A stretch of 64,000 nt of DNA, taken from the NCBI RefSeq assembly GCF_018350175.1, contig NC_058368.1, positions 30,320,001 through 30,384,000 on the forward strand, read 5' to 3'. The notes below the pieces were generated by a model, which saw only the letters and a program-made list of their open reading frames with translations, made no database searches and was not told the DNA's origin. Shown here piece after piece: positions 11,155-23,060 of the stretch (its first letter is position 1; each line of letters begins with the position of its first letter). The position numbers were made by a program, and so were the translations under genes. The DNA comes from Felis catus (lineage: Eukaryota).

Positions 11155-11361
11155 AGCAAACTATGGCCTGCAGGCCAAACCCTGGCCCTTGCCTGTTTTT
11201 GTGAATAAAGTTTTACTGGAACATGGCCATCCGCATTTATGTATTATCTCTGGCTGATCATACGTTACAGGGCAAAGTAGGGCAGTTGCAGAAGAGGCAA
11301 TGGCCTGCAAAACCTAAAGCATTTACTGTCTGCCCTTACAGAACAAGTTTGCCAACTCCTG
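11155..11361 (+). mobile_element. MER58A-like hAT-Charlie MITE
   Basis: 'gcaaactatggcctgcaggccaaa...gcctgtttttgtgaataaagttttactggaaca...aagtttgccaactcctg'. Confidence 0.88.
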
Positions 11362-12507
11362 TGTAGACTAGAAGATACTACATAGCCATTCAAAATTCTG
11401 ATTATGTCACTCTAGGAGGAAAGAAGAGGAGAGGAAGGAATTGCCATATGTTGAGCACTCCATGCAAACTCGGGGCTGGGCACTTTGCTTAAGTCAGACC
11501 TAGGTCTATGAACTCAGGGGAGTAAGAAATGTAACTTCCCTCCTCTCTTCTGAAGCTTAATGTAATTTCTATTATGGGATCCCATCCTTCGGATCTCCCC
11601 TCTCTTTATTCAGTCCTCCCCTCTCTTTATCTGTGCTCTGGGAGAAGGTAAGGGTGCGGTGCCCGCCAAGATGTCAGAAGGGTTGTGCTGCCTCTGGTCA
11701 CTATCATCATTGTCACTCCTGCTGGGTAATTGTCACTCCCTCGTGGAGGTCTTGCTACAATCGTTTCTTGTTCCCATTAGGAAGACCACTTTGGATATGC
11801 CTCCCTTTGCACCTTTTTTTGACACTCTGGCGTTCACAGCAATTGTGTTGAATCTCTTCCTGGGTGTTGGGGTTCCAGGACCTCTGAGAGGTTGTGGGAG
11901 GCCTCATCTGCTTTCATGCCCCTGTGGGTATGTGCAATGCTTCCACTGCTTCTTGGCCACACTGACTCAGAGAAACTTTCTGCTCTGGGCACACCCATTT
12001 CTCTACAGGGGTTGTGTTGCTTCCTGAGAAATGAAGCACAGGCTTCTTGTGCCCTCAAATCTCATAAGCCTATCCAGTGATTCGCTCCATTCCCCAGAGT
12101 TCAGCCCGGGCTGGGTTCCTATAGAACTGGGTTCCCATAGAAGTTTCTATTTTCCCAGAGCTTCCCATAGAAGCTTCTATTTTCTCCTCCTGTGTCCAAC
12201 TTGGAGAACTTTGTCTAATCAAACATCAGGGTGGGAAAAAGGAACGTTTCTTCCTACTTATCACACATTTTTCTAAATCGATAATAGATACATATGACTT
12301 CTTTTCATTCCTTGCTGAACTTCAGATTCCTGAAACTCAAAATCCAAGGGTTGATTCCTGTTTACTTGTGTTTTGATGTCTCATTCCTTCCTTGAGGCAA
12401 TGAACACATAGTTGACAAGAATTTCCAGTAACACAGGGAAAATCCAGGGGTTAATATCTCCTGGCATTAATCTCTTTCCCCTACCCCATACATACATACA
12501 TATATAC

Positions 12508-12534
<27 letters not shown>

Positions 12535-12539
<5 letters not shown>

Positions 12540-12705
12540 TATCTTATTTGATCCTAACAATAGTGCTGACAGGTAGAGATTTCTGCTTCCATTATATAGA
12601 TGAGAACACAGATTCAGATGAATTAAGTGGTTGAGTAAAAATATGAATTCAGTTCTGATGCCCCCCCAAATGAGTGTTCTTCCTTTTATACTATACTGCA
12701 CCATG
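12535..12705 (-). mobile_element. MIR, preceded by (TACA)n at ~12487-12535
   Basis: 'ccattatatagatgagaacacagattcagatgaattaagtgg'. Confidence 0.7.
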
Positions 12706-12879
12706 AATTTTACACTAAAGGTTGGCTCTAACATCTCTATTCTATTCTTCTGCCTTATTTAAAGTCTACTCTGTAGATTACTCATCTTGTTACTCTCTTT
12801 TCTTGTAATAATTTTATAGCTTATTGGACTCTATGTATTATGAAATCTCTAGTCAAAAATATAAACAAGGCAACTCCAC

Positions 12880-13500
12880 ATTTTCATTTGTTCGTTTACT
12901 CATGGAACAAATATTCATGGAACAAATATCCATCGAGTGCAAAGCAGCATGCCAAGCACCGTGACTCAGGGATGTTGATCTTAACCCTAGGGGATGTGTA
13001 ATATAGGAAAGGGTAAAGCTATTCACATAGACTTCACTCACTCAAGATACATCGTTAACAGGGTTAAACTGATGTGCAAGAAATTTGCTGTCATTCCAAA
13101 GAAGAACATTTCATTTGCCTGGGCGGGGGTGGGGTGGGGGGGTGGGTATCAAGGAAGGCTTCGCAGATGAAACAATATCTGAATTGGGTCTCAAGATGTG
13201 TAAAACCTTGAATGCATGGGTACGTTATAGAGGAGCCTCAAGGTACCGCCTAAGTAAAGATACACAGTAGAAGAAGAATGTGGACTTTTCCTGATATTTG
13301 GGCCGGCAAATAGATTGGCATGGTGATCCCCACAGTGCATGGATGGATGTCATAGGACACAGGCCTCTAAATGTACATAAGTGGACCCGAGCATGAAGAA
13401 CTTAAGGTCTTGCCAAGAAACATGACCATTATTCCCAGGTAATAGGAAATTACTGATGACTTCTAAAGAGGGGAGTGCAATCGTCTAAATGGAAATCAAC
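12880..13500 (-). mobile_element. L2 fragment
   Basis: L2 3' end in reverse 'catttgttcgtttactcatggaacaaatatt...gccaagcacc' and body 'gaaggcttcgcagatgaaacaatatctgaattgggtct'. Confidence 0.65.
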
Positions 13501-13515
13501 ATATTTGGTAATTCT

Positions 13516-13518
<3 letters not shown>

Positions 13519-13551
<33 letters not shown>
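13519..13551. repeat. (TA)n microsatellite
   Basis: Pure AT dinucleotide run. Confidence 0.95.
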
Positions 13552-13554
<3 letters not shown>

Positions 13555-14394
13555 GCAGAGAAGGAAATCCAAATCTCTGGTTAAAATTCACCTTCTAATT
13601 ATTTGTATATTCAAGTCGATTTTCCACATTAGTCATGTTCTTAATGTGGGCAAAAAAGAGTTGACTGGTGAGTGTGAGACCATGGTGCAGTAGAGATCCT
13701 GACTCTTGCCTGTTTAAATGTCCTCTGTGGACTCTGTGCTCATTAGTCCAGAAGTGTTAGTTCCTCAGTTCCTTTTATAAGCATGTTGTTATTTTGGCGT
13801 TGGATAATAATGGATGTGTCAGAATAAATATGTCTCAACTGCCTGAGAAATGCCTACCTGTCACAGAATGTAGTGACATAATTTCTAAGGTGATATACAC
13901 CTTTCTTGTGAAACCTCGGCTTGTTACCAAGGTCTGACCTTTGACTGTACGTATTTTTTTTTTTCTGGTAAAGAACGGAATACATTCTCTTAACTCTTAA
14001 TTTTCTCTTTCCAGCTTTCTGAAATTTCCTGTCACATTATGTGTAGAGTTCAGGAACAATCAATGTGTTCTGCGGCATAATTACAAAGGGTCAATCTGTT
14101 TTCATTGTAGGAGTGACAGGAAAAGAAAAGATGAGTGCAAAAAATGATCCAGTGCTACCTCTAACCTCACCATGCGAAATTAGGAGGAGTATGTTTCCTT
14201 ACTCTGAACTGTGTAAAACATTTGGATTTATTTATTGATTCATTTGACCTACAGATTGGATTGGTGCTGGATTGGAAGGTAGGGCGAGGAGGGGTTATGG
14301 AGCTCAATCCAAGGAACACATAATTGAATCTTAAAATCAAACTTGGATTGAGTGCTGCATATATCAGCTCATCATCAACAACAGACTTTTCCAC

Positions 14395-14600
14395 TACATC
14401 TAATTTGTATACAGTTCAATCCCAGGTGCTGTGAAAGATACAAAACCATATCAAATAAGGCATGTACAATTGAATAAAAAATGTCCAGTAAATGTTCATG
14501 ACTCACGTAAGTAGTAACAGAAAGTAGACATAAAATAGTATTTGAGAGGTCAGAAGAGTGAAGCTTTCGGTGGATTTGGTTGAGCAGGGAATGACTGAGA
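14395..14600 (-). mobile_element. L2 fragment
   Basis: 'ccaggtgctgtgaaagatacaaaa...aagctttcggtggatttgg' is L2-like. Confidence 0.45.
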
Positions 14601-15159
14601 GGGAGGTGATAGGACTCAGCCAATGTTGACACGATGCCTCCTACTTCACTCCCTAGCCTTCAGTCATAAACAATGTCAATCTATTTTCACTACTCTTTAA
14701 ACAGTAGTCTGAGATTGTTAAAAACCAGAAGAAGTATTTTCATTTGTATTGAGTTATATTCCAATTAGTTATTAAATGAAGACAATTTCCCATAAGTTCT
14801 TTTAGAGATGAGAAAATTAGTTATGGGTGAGCACAGTCCATTAATTATTTCACGTACCTGAAGACCTCCAGGGAACGCCATGACTTCACAATGTAGCCCC
14901 AGAGTGTTAAATTTTGCATTTGATTCCCGGCATTTGTGAAGATGAGTAAAATTGGATGGCTCCCTGTTGGCTGTGCATCTGAAGCGGTTACTGTGTGTTG
15001 TTTATTTCCCTGGAGAGCAAGAATTCTATAACATCCTGCTTTTAGTCAAATTATGCCTCTTTCTCCCCAAAGATCTTCACATGCAAGTAGGTTAGATAAA
15101 CTGTAGGAGTTCATAGTGACAGGCCTTGGGGAATAGAGAAATATTCCTCTATTGCTTTA

Positions 15160-15760
15160 AGGATTATTTTAAATTATGGAATATTTCAAACACACAGAGA
15201 AACATAGAAAATCATGTAATAAAGACCATGCATTCTTTATCTAGATTTAATAGGTGTTAAACATTTTGCCATTTTTTTATTTCATATTTCTCTCCCCTTT
15301 TAAAGGGATAGAGTAATTATCAGTACAGCTAATGCACCCCTCCTCCCCCTCACCCCCGCCCCGCATCATTTCCTCTCTCCTAACTCCAGAAATTGTTGCT
15401 GTTCTGAAGGACTGTATCATTTCCATGAATACTTACATTTTTCATGTCTATGTAGCTATCAAGGAACAAAGTATACTGTTATTTTTGTGTGTTTTTGTGA
15501 TTGTACATAAATGACATCAGACTGTGTGTATCACCACCCCTCACTCTTTGCAGTCAGCAATTATGTTTTTGAGACCGTCCCCTATCGATGCATGTAAATC
15601 TAGTATACTCACTTTAGCGGTTGCGTAGCCTTTCATCGTCTGAGTTAATCATAATTTATTTTAGGCTCTTTCCATTTGTTTTCTATCACTAAGGCTATTT
15701 TGGCACATGCGCATACCTCTTTGGGAAGAATACCTGAAAGTGAAATTGCTGTGTCATAAT
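15160..15760 (-). mobile_element. Ancient L1ME-like 3' region
   Basis: 'ttattttaaattatggaatatttcaaacacacaga...aacattttgccattt' and 'ttatgtttttgaga...aaagtgaaattgctg'. Confidence 0.7.
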
Positions 15761-15779
15761 CTAGTGTGATCTCCACTGC

Positions 15780-16045
15780 TGAGAGTCAGCAAATTTGTGA
15801 CGGCTCCAAGACTGAAGTTCGTTTCTTGCTCATGTAACAACCCAGAGCAGGTGCTTATGTCAGTGGGTGGTCTCCTCAATGAGAGGACTCAGGCACTCAG
15901 CCTCTTTCCAACTTGGTCTCCCCACTACCTGGACTCTTCATGAGCTCCATGCAGCTGGGGGGATGTAAAGACCCTGTGGGAGGTGTAGTCACTCTCCTGA
16001 GAGCGCTAGGTTAGAGTTGACACAAACCACTTCTACTCTTCCCAG
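15780..16045 (-). mobile_element. Old MaLR LTR fragment (MLT1J/K/L-like)
   Basis: 'gaagttcgtttcttgctcatgtaaca...ggactcaggc...gagttgacacaaaccacttctactc'. Confidence 0.55.
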
Positions 16046-16171
16046 AGGGGTAACTGATTTGTTATTTATGCCCTTGGTGGGCAGCTGTCCTCACAGCGGG
16101 AGTTATCTTTAGGCCTTTCCCCTGGAAAACTTTCAGGTCAGTTTCCACACACGGGCTTGGATTATTATTAT

Positions 16172-16371
16172 TATTTTTTAAGCTTATTTATTTTGAGAAA
16201 GAGAGAAAGTGCAAGTGGGGGAGGGGCAGAGAGCGAGGGACAGAGAGAGAATCTCAAATGAGCTCTGCACTGTCATCATGGAGCCGGACACAGGGTTTGA
16301 ACCCATGAACTGTGAGATCTTGACCAGAGCTGAAGCTGGATGCTTAATGGACTGAGCCATCCAAGCGCCCC
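16172..16371 (-). mobile_element. CAN-SINE inserted at the poly(A)/TSD end of the L1
   Basis: TSD tggattattattatt at ~16158 and 16372. Confidence 0.95.
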
Positions 16372-16384
16372 TGGATTATTATTA

Positions 16385-16800
16385 TTTTTATGTGTATTTT
16401 CATTTTTGTTTATTGATTATTGAAGTATAATTGACATACAATAATTGACATACAATATATTATTAGTTTCAGGTGTATTATTAGTTTTATATTTTGTGAA
16501 GTGTTCCCCACCATAGGTCTAATTACCATCTATAGCTATACAAAATTTTTACAATATTATTTATCATATTCCCTATGCTATAGATTACACCCCCATGACT
16601 TCATTACTTGAAATTGGAAATTTGTACCTCTTAATCCTCTTTGCCTATTTCCTCTCTCCTCTCTCCTCCCACCCTCTGGTGACCAGGAGTTTGTTTCCTC
16701 TATCTATGAGTCTGTTTCTGCTTTGTTTTGTTTGCTCATTTGTTTTGTTTCTTAGATTCCACATATAAGTGAAATCAATCGATGTTTGCATTTCTCAGTC
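16385..16800 (-). mobile_element. 5'-truncated carnivore-type L1 3' end
   Basis: 'ttgaagtataattgacatacaat...ttagtttcaggtgta...cttagattccacatataagtgaaatca'. Confidence 0.9.
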
Positions 16801-16838
16801 TGAATCCATACCACCCTGAACACACCTGACCTTGTCTG
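16798..16838 (+). pseudogene. 5S rRNA 5' fragment (nt 1-41), retroposed
   Basis: gtctgaatccataccaccctgaacacacctgaccttgtctg aligns without gaps to GTCTACGGCCATACCACCCTGAACGCGCCCGATCTCGTCTG; four of the mismatches are CpG-decay type. Confidence 0.88.
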
Positions 16839-17099
16839 GCCTGGATGATTACAAATGATACAATTGTCCTAGATTTCCTCCTTGGGGCCCGAGGTGGAGT
16901 ATGTGCAATTACAAATACATTGTGCTGTACTTGGATTAATACCTCAGATCAAATAGAGAGCCATACCAAAGCACAGGGAGAAATCAACATTGCTTTCTAA
17001 GGTACACCTTCCTGGTTTATGGGGTTTGTTCATTGGTTGGCTCTGGGACCTGGAGGTGGGGAGGCATGGCTGAGGTCAATACCACAGGTTGGCCTTATC

Positions 17100-17682
17100 C
17101 TGCTGTTCAGAATCCTGTTGATAGTAAAATGCTATAGAAAACAAATTGGCAGATTTCATCCCAGCCTCAACTGGTAAGGTTTATCAGAGTGACTGAGTGA
17201 AAGACATATTCAGAAAATGTTGCCAAAAGCCTAGATGATGTAGAAAGGTGGGGCTGATGTTATTAGAAGTTAATTCTCTATGGGTCTCTGACATTTCTGC
17301 CCAACCTGCAGCAGAGGCACTTCTGAACTATTTTGACTATAGTTTCCTGACAATTGTGACATCTACCGAGGGTAGCCATGCTTATTATCTATTATAAAAG
17401 AATTAGCTTCCCTAAGCTCAGGGTTGCTCTCCTGTAACCCAATGTAATGTGCCTGCAGGTGTCATTTTGTCCTCTTCAAATATCCCCATGGAAACGAGTG
17501 CTCAGGGAACTGGCGCAAAGAAATGCTTATACTCTGGCCACCGTTATTGCTGTGAGTGATAAAGGCCTTTGTCTCTGAGCCAGGAATCTCGTGTCTTCTG
17601 CCAGCACCCATGATACTGTGACAGGATAATTTGTTAGCTTACAAATTGAGTAAAAATCTCAGCTTCTTCAAAATTCTTGCCA
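17100..17682 (+). mobile_element. ERV solo LTR, MER77-like
   Basis: 3' part 'gctgtgagtgataaaggcctttgtctctgagccaggaatctcgtgtcttctgccagcacccatga...aaaatctcag...ttcttgcca' matches the recalled MER77 3' end; TATA-like tataaaag at ~17393; 5' boundary uncertain. Confidence 0.7.
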
Positions 17683-17699
17683 ATGAGAAAATAAAGATA

Positions 17700-17850
17700 A
17701 CACAACTTGGGTGATCTTGGGCAAGCCATCTACCTACCCACCGTGGGTCTGTTATTCCATATATTTTGTAAGTAAAAAGATTTGAATTAGACCAGACTGC
17801 TGTTAAGGCCCTTCAGAATCTGAAGAGCTATGTATGTTCCATGATTCTAT
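17700..17850 (+). mobile_element. MIR/MIR3 fragment
   Basis: 'gtgatcttgggcaagcc...ctgttattcc...aaggcccttcag'. Confidence 0.6.
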
Positions 17851-19950
17851 GGGGCAATGTCTTAGTTCCTTCCTCAGCATAAGCCCTCTGGAATGAGTTT
17901 TCAAGAGACGCTTCTTTATGATATCAACCCCTTTGGCTATTTTTCCTTGGCCCCTCACATTTTATTCACCTGTCTTGATGCTTTATGCCTGCATTTCTAA
18001 GGCATTCAGTAAATGGTAAGTTCCTCAGAAGAAATTTGAGAAGAATTTGACTTTGAAAAGGACAGTACCATAGTGTAATCCATAGTTGAAGACACAGAGG
18101 GTATTTTAAATCTCTAATTTCATTAGTGATTTACAGAAAATCCATGTTTGGTATGGCCTCCGTTTTGACAGGCAGCAAATCAAGGCAGTTCTGCCTGTGC
18201 TGGCTTCTTTGAGGAGCCTCAAGGCCGTAGGAGTCTGCATTTTTTTGCTGACCAGAGGACAGATCAGGAAGCCAAGCAAAGCTGTCAAGAGACTTAACTT
18301 TACTTGTTTTGAATATCAGATCAGTTGTCTTTTCTGTTGTGGAGGTTGTTCGCTAGTAAGCTTAGTTGCTAATCATACTTTTCCACATAGAACTCCGTAA
18401 AGCTTGACTGGAGGGTGGAGGGCAAGTGAGAATCCAAAGCGGAAAAATGATCAGAGCCCTGAGGCATGACTGTGACTGAGGCATTTGCTCTTCCCACTTC
18501 AAATTATTCTTTAACTCCAAGGCGAGGCAGAAGGCCGTTGCTCCCATACATGGCAGAGGTGGGCGGGGGTGAGAGGTCAAATGTTGGCGAGCGCTTGATG
18601 AACAGGAGCTCACTGTGGGGAGGGCTGCTGTTGGGCAGAGGCAGCCCCAGGGAGGTACTCAATCCCCTCATCTGTATATTCAAGCCGCAGACCTCAGGGC
18701 TCGTGAATCAACACTTGCTTGTTTACTGTGGCTCCTTTTCTGGAACACAGAGGAGCATCGGGTGTACAGACACCTTTTCTATCTCTACGGCCAGTGCTGG
18801 GAAGAATCCCCTGTATCTCCTGGTCCTGCAGCCTTTCACTCTAGAGCATTGCACGCGTCTTTTCTAAGATACTACACAATCCGCATAAACTCTATGAAGC
18901 TTGTAAATATTCTGGAGGTGTTGCTGCTCCCTTTCCACACAGCATTTTTTTTCCCACTATGAGGTGTGTTTTATTCTGCATTTTTCAGGCCTGCAATTCC
19001 CTAACTTAAAAAAAAAAAATTAAGATCCGTTATCAAGGGAACTTGCTTTTTTGTTATTAAGACCCTGAACCACAAGGGTGTCTGATTAAATTAACCACAA
19101 CTTTCAGAACACAGGCAATACCCTGTGTAATCTTCAATTTTCTTATTCATACAGGAGTGATAGCAACGCTTCTCTCCCTTCCTATTACCTCGGGTTCCCT
19201 TGGCACAGGAGACACTTCCTGGGGCTCGCTCTGAAAAGACACGTGTCTCGTAAATGGTAGTCAGAATAGATCAGTGTCGTAGATCTTCGAGGACATTTGT
19301 TACCTATAAAATAAGATATGAGAGGGAGGAGGAATATATTCTGGCTAGACGCAAATATTTCTTATTTTCACAATCATATTTTCTCAGAAATACAGTGTCT
19401 CCAAATATTCAATACATGACAAGGGACCATTATGTCTGCTTTTTTCTCTTCCTTCCTCCCTTGCCTGTATTCCTCCTTACCTATCTTATCTTTTCGTTTT
19501 AGTTCTGCACTTCACTTTGTCCTCCCCTCTTATCCCCTGCTCTCTGAATTTATTAATCAAGTAATCCATCTTTACCACGAGGCAGGACCGCTACCACAAA
19601 TCTGCACCTTCTCAGACTGACTATAAAGTAAAGCTGTTTGAGAAACCTCAGCATGGTGACTGGTTGCATAAAGTAGATTATTCCTGCCTGGCGGACCCTG
19701 GAAATTGTTGTATTCCACTTATTACCTGTCTTTGAAATGAAAATATCAAGACAGTTTATCTTTGAAATGCTCCTCTCCAGACTATGAGGTTGAGAACTTA
19801 ATAGTATCATGAATTCAGTTTAAAACAACACCCGATTTATTCCGGATACTCTCTCTCCCATACTATACCTTGGTAATGTCCTCAACAACGCTGTATGTTT
19901 TAGTATTGTTTTTGTCACACTCATTTATTGAGGCCAGAGTGTACTCGAGA

Positions 19951-19985
19951 TGGGGGAGAGGCAGGGAAGCAGGGAGGGAAGGGGG

Positions 19986-20020
<35 letters not shown>
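19951..20020. repeat. Purine-rich tract with (GA)n
   Basis: G-runs followed by ~15 GA units. Confidence 0.9.
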
Positions 20021-20024
<4 letters not shown>

Positions 20025-20275
20025 TCTGTCTGAAAATGGAAATGTTTCAGAAGTGTGATGTGCTCCTTCGTTTTTGTCTGTCTTTCTCAAATACACTCTA
20101 CCTTAGTGGAGGAGTCATCCATTACTTTGATGACTCCACTTTATATCCTCTAACGCTAAGACTTGAAGATTGATAGATTTGAAGATGCCCACTTATTTCT
20201 TTCCTCTCAGAGGAGTGGCCAGAAGCGCCAGCAAAAAATGGACTCTACTTCTGACAGCTGACTCTGTATTTACAC

Positions 20276-20502
20276 CAGTAGGTCCCCAAAGGGGGCGAGT
20301 CCCTCTTACTTGCAATGTCTGGTGACGCTTTGTGCCACGGCTGTGGGCGGGGGGCTATTGAGAACCCAACAAGGTTGGAAAAGGAGGAAATGGTGGTTGG
20401 TGGAAAAGGAGGTGCTACTAAATGTCTTCCAGTATACAACAGCTCTCCTGACAAAGAATGATCGGATCCTGATGTCAATAGTGCTGAGGTTGAGAAAGCC
20501 TG
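20276..20502 (+). mobile_element. MER20-like hAT-Charlie element
   Basis: 'cagtaggtccccaaagggggcga...gcaatgtctggtgac...gatgtcaatagtgctgaggttgagaaagcctg'. Confidence 0.85.
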
Positions 20503-20609
20503 ATTTACACGAAGCCGACTCAGAAGCAGACGGTAAAGGTGGGTTACATAGAAGAGAAGACAGGAAGGAAATAAAAATAAATTGAGAATTCGTGCAGGTC
20601 AGTCAGATA

Positions 20610-20795
20610 TCCCCATGCGCATATGTTATTTCTTTTGCTTATTCCTCATAGAACTACCACGAAAGAAAGTATAATTGTTCTTGCTTCTCTATTTGTCTTT
20701 AGTCAAAGGACAATTTTAAGACTCAGAGAAGTTAAGTGACATGCTTTAAGTCACCTGAGACAACAAGTATGATTCTGAAGCCATGATTGTCCTTT
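20610..20795 (-). mobile_element. MIR
   Basis: 'actcagagaagttaagtgacatgctttaagtcac'. Confidence 0.65.
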
Positions 20796-21869
20796 TTCCC
20801 CCTCACTGGGGTCAGGGAGACAGTTTCCCACTGAGATCTCAGACTGGCGTGAGGGGAGGCTGGACTGGTATGTTTTACCAATAGATTTCTACAGGTGGAT
20901 GCTCATATAGAAATCAAGTAACCAAATGACCATGCATTTCTAGGATGGTTTTAACTTTAAGTACTTGGAAGACTTTTATTTGTATCCTGATGTTTTGTTT
21001 GGAAAAAAATATGGCCACTCCTTCTTTTCTATGCTTTGTGTGTTTGTGTGTGTGTGTGTCTTTTGTTTGTTTGTTTGTTTTTAATTACACTTAAGAAACT
21101 TCACTAATCACACAGAACTTAGGCTATAGTGTGTGATGTATAACTTAAGGGTCTAGACAAAGGGCAGTGTGCCATTGGTCATGAATTAAGAATGCGTAGA
21201 CATGAGGTTTTAGCTAGAATAAGTTCCTGAACAAAAAGTGATTGGACATAAAATGTCTTACTGAAAGGACCGGATCATCTTTTTCTCTGGCTATCTTGGA
21301 GAAGAAAATAGATTTTCATTCATTGGAACAATTTAGTACTTTCTTCTTTGGATATCCCTATAAAGAATTAGTTTTTCTCTCTCTCTATGTTACATTTTTG
21401 ATCAAAAGAAAAGAGTGGTGTAAAAAATTTCCATCAAAATTCAGCCTTTTGGGGCACAATTAAGCATAAATGACAAGTAGTTAGTGGGACATCATTCCTT
21501 CTCATTGACATCTGACCTTCTAGAATAGAATACTCAGAAACGGGACCAAGAGATTTATATTTTCTATGAGGTCCCCAGGAGATTTTATTTTGGAAATCAC
21601 AGTGTTCTGAATTTAGTACTACTTTTTTTCATAATTACTTCCTTTTGATGATGGTTATGTTGGTAGTTGCCCAATGCACCTGTTCTTGGGCCAACATGGA
21701 CTTCAATCCCAATCTACATTTGTTAGATTTTTAAAAGGGTTGTGTCCTCAAATGTGATGAGTAGAAATGGCTATGCATAACTTTTAAAAGTATCAAGCCA
21801 TTGGCATAGGAAAACAGTATCAGTGTTTCATAATAAGGTTTAAATAGTAGTTAAATTTCTGAACATTCA

Positions 21870-21985
21870 ACCTCTCTGTTTTAGGTTCTTCACCTGGAGA
21901 ATGGAGCTGACAGTAAACCCTTTACTTCCTTTATGAATTTAAAGCTACAATGGGGTAATATTTAAAAGTACGTAGTAAACTAAAA
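21870..21985 (+). mobile_element. MIR fragment
   Basis: 'aacctctctgttttaggttcttcacctggagaatggag'. Confidence 0.55.
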
Positions 21986-22149
21986 AAAAAGTAAGATATT
22001 TTTGGTATAATTTTTACTACTTAACACCTTGTTGTACTTACTGTTTTTGACAACTTGTGACTTTGAACTTCACCTTTAGTGTTAGAGTCATTTCAAATCC
22101 AAATGTTTTTTAAACAAAATTCTTTACCTGCTGTATGAACCCCTTTCCA

Positions 22150-22390
22150 AAATGTCAGACTCGAAGTATATAGCAGGCCCATGGACATGTATTGTTTAGC
22201 TCACTCAGGGTTTAAATACTTTTTAAATCAGTTACCACTACTTAAAAATCAAGAGGTTTTTTATAAAAATTTGGAATTTTGATTTATACTGGAAAACCAG
22301 AACACTTAACCTGCGTACCCTAAGGGCAGCATACCCTCAGTTCCAGCTAAGTGACCTTGTCTAGATCTTGTAGGCTGGGAGTTTGTCACG
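22150..22390 (+). mobile_element. hAT-Charlie relic (MER102-like)
   Basis: 'ggcccatggacatgtattgtttagctcactcagggttt...cttaaaaatcaagaggttttttataaaaat'. Confidence 0.55.
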
Positions 22391-22404
22391 CATATCCTAC
22401 AACA

Positions 22405-23060
22405 GACACTCTCAAAGTATGGCCCAGGACCAATGGAGTCTGCATCACCTGGGACTTTGTTAGAAGCGTAAATTCAGGATCCATATAAGAGTGAAAACAT
22501 ATGGTATCTGTCTTTCTCTGTATGGCTTATTTCACTTAGCATCACACTCTCCAGTTCCATCCACATTGCTACAAAGGGCCATATTTCATTCTTTCTCATT
22601 GCCACATAGTACTCCATTGTGTATATAAACCACAATTTCTTTATCCATTCATCAGTTGATGGACATTTAGGCTCTTTCCATAATTTGGCTATTGTTGAGA
22701 AACTTGACAGGAACCCATGGGGGAGGGGAAGGAAAAAAAAAGGTTAGAGTGGGAGAGAGCCAAAGCATAAGAGACTCTTAAAAAATGAGAACTGAGGGCT
22801 GATGGGGGGTGGGAGGGAGGGGAGGGTGGGTGATGGGTATTGAAGAGGGCATCTTTTGGGATGAGCACCGGGTGTTGTATGGAAACCAATTTGACAATAA
22901 ATTTCATATATTTAAAAAAAATGGAAAAAAAAAAAAAGAAGCGTAAATTTTAGGGCATCACTTCAGACCTACCGAACCGGAAACTGGAGCTATGGCTCAG
23001 CAAACGGCTTCACAAGCCTTCTTGGTGATTCAAAGACACTCCAGAGTTTGAGAAGCACTG
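22405..23060 (+). mobile_element. MER5A, split by the L1 insertion
   Basis: 'ctcaaagtatggccc...gcatcacctgggactttgttagaa' [L1] '...cagacctaccgaaccggaaact...agtttgagaagcactg'. Confidence 0.85.
22475..22936 (+). mobile_element. Young felid L1 3' end with 5' inversion (twin priming)
   Basis: Inverted segment 22475-~22698; sense segment ~22697-22936 with G-rich tract, aataaa and poly(A); TSD agaagcgtaaatt at 22462-22474 and 22937-22949. Confidence 0.95.

Noticed and set aside
12900..12929. Duplicated catggaacaaatat
   Set aside because: Simple slippage duplication in an L2 tail.
16798..16838. Functional 5S rRNA gene
   Set aside because: Only 41 of ~120 nt are present, the internal control region is missing and the CpGs have decayed.
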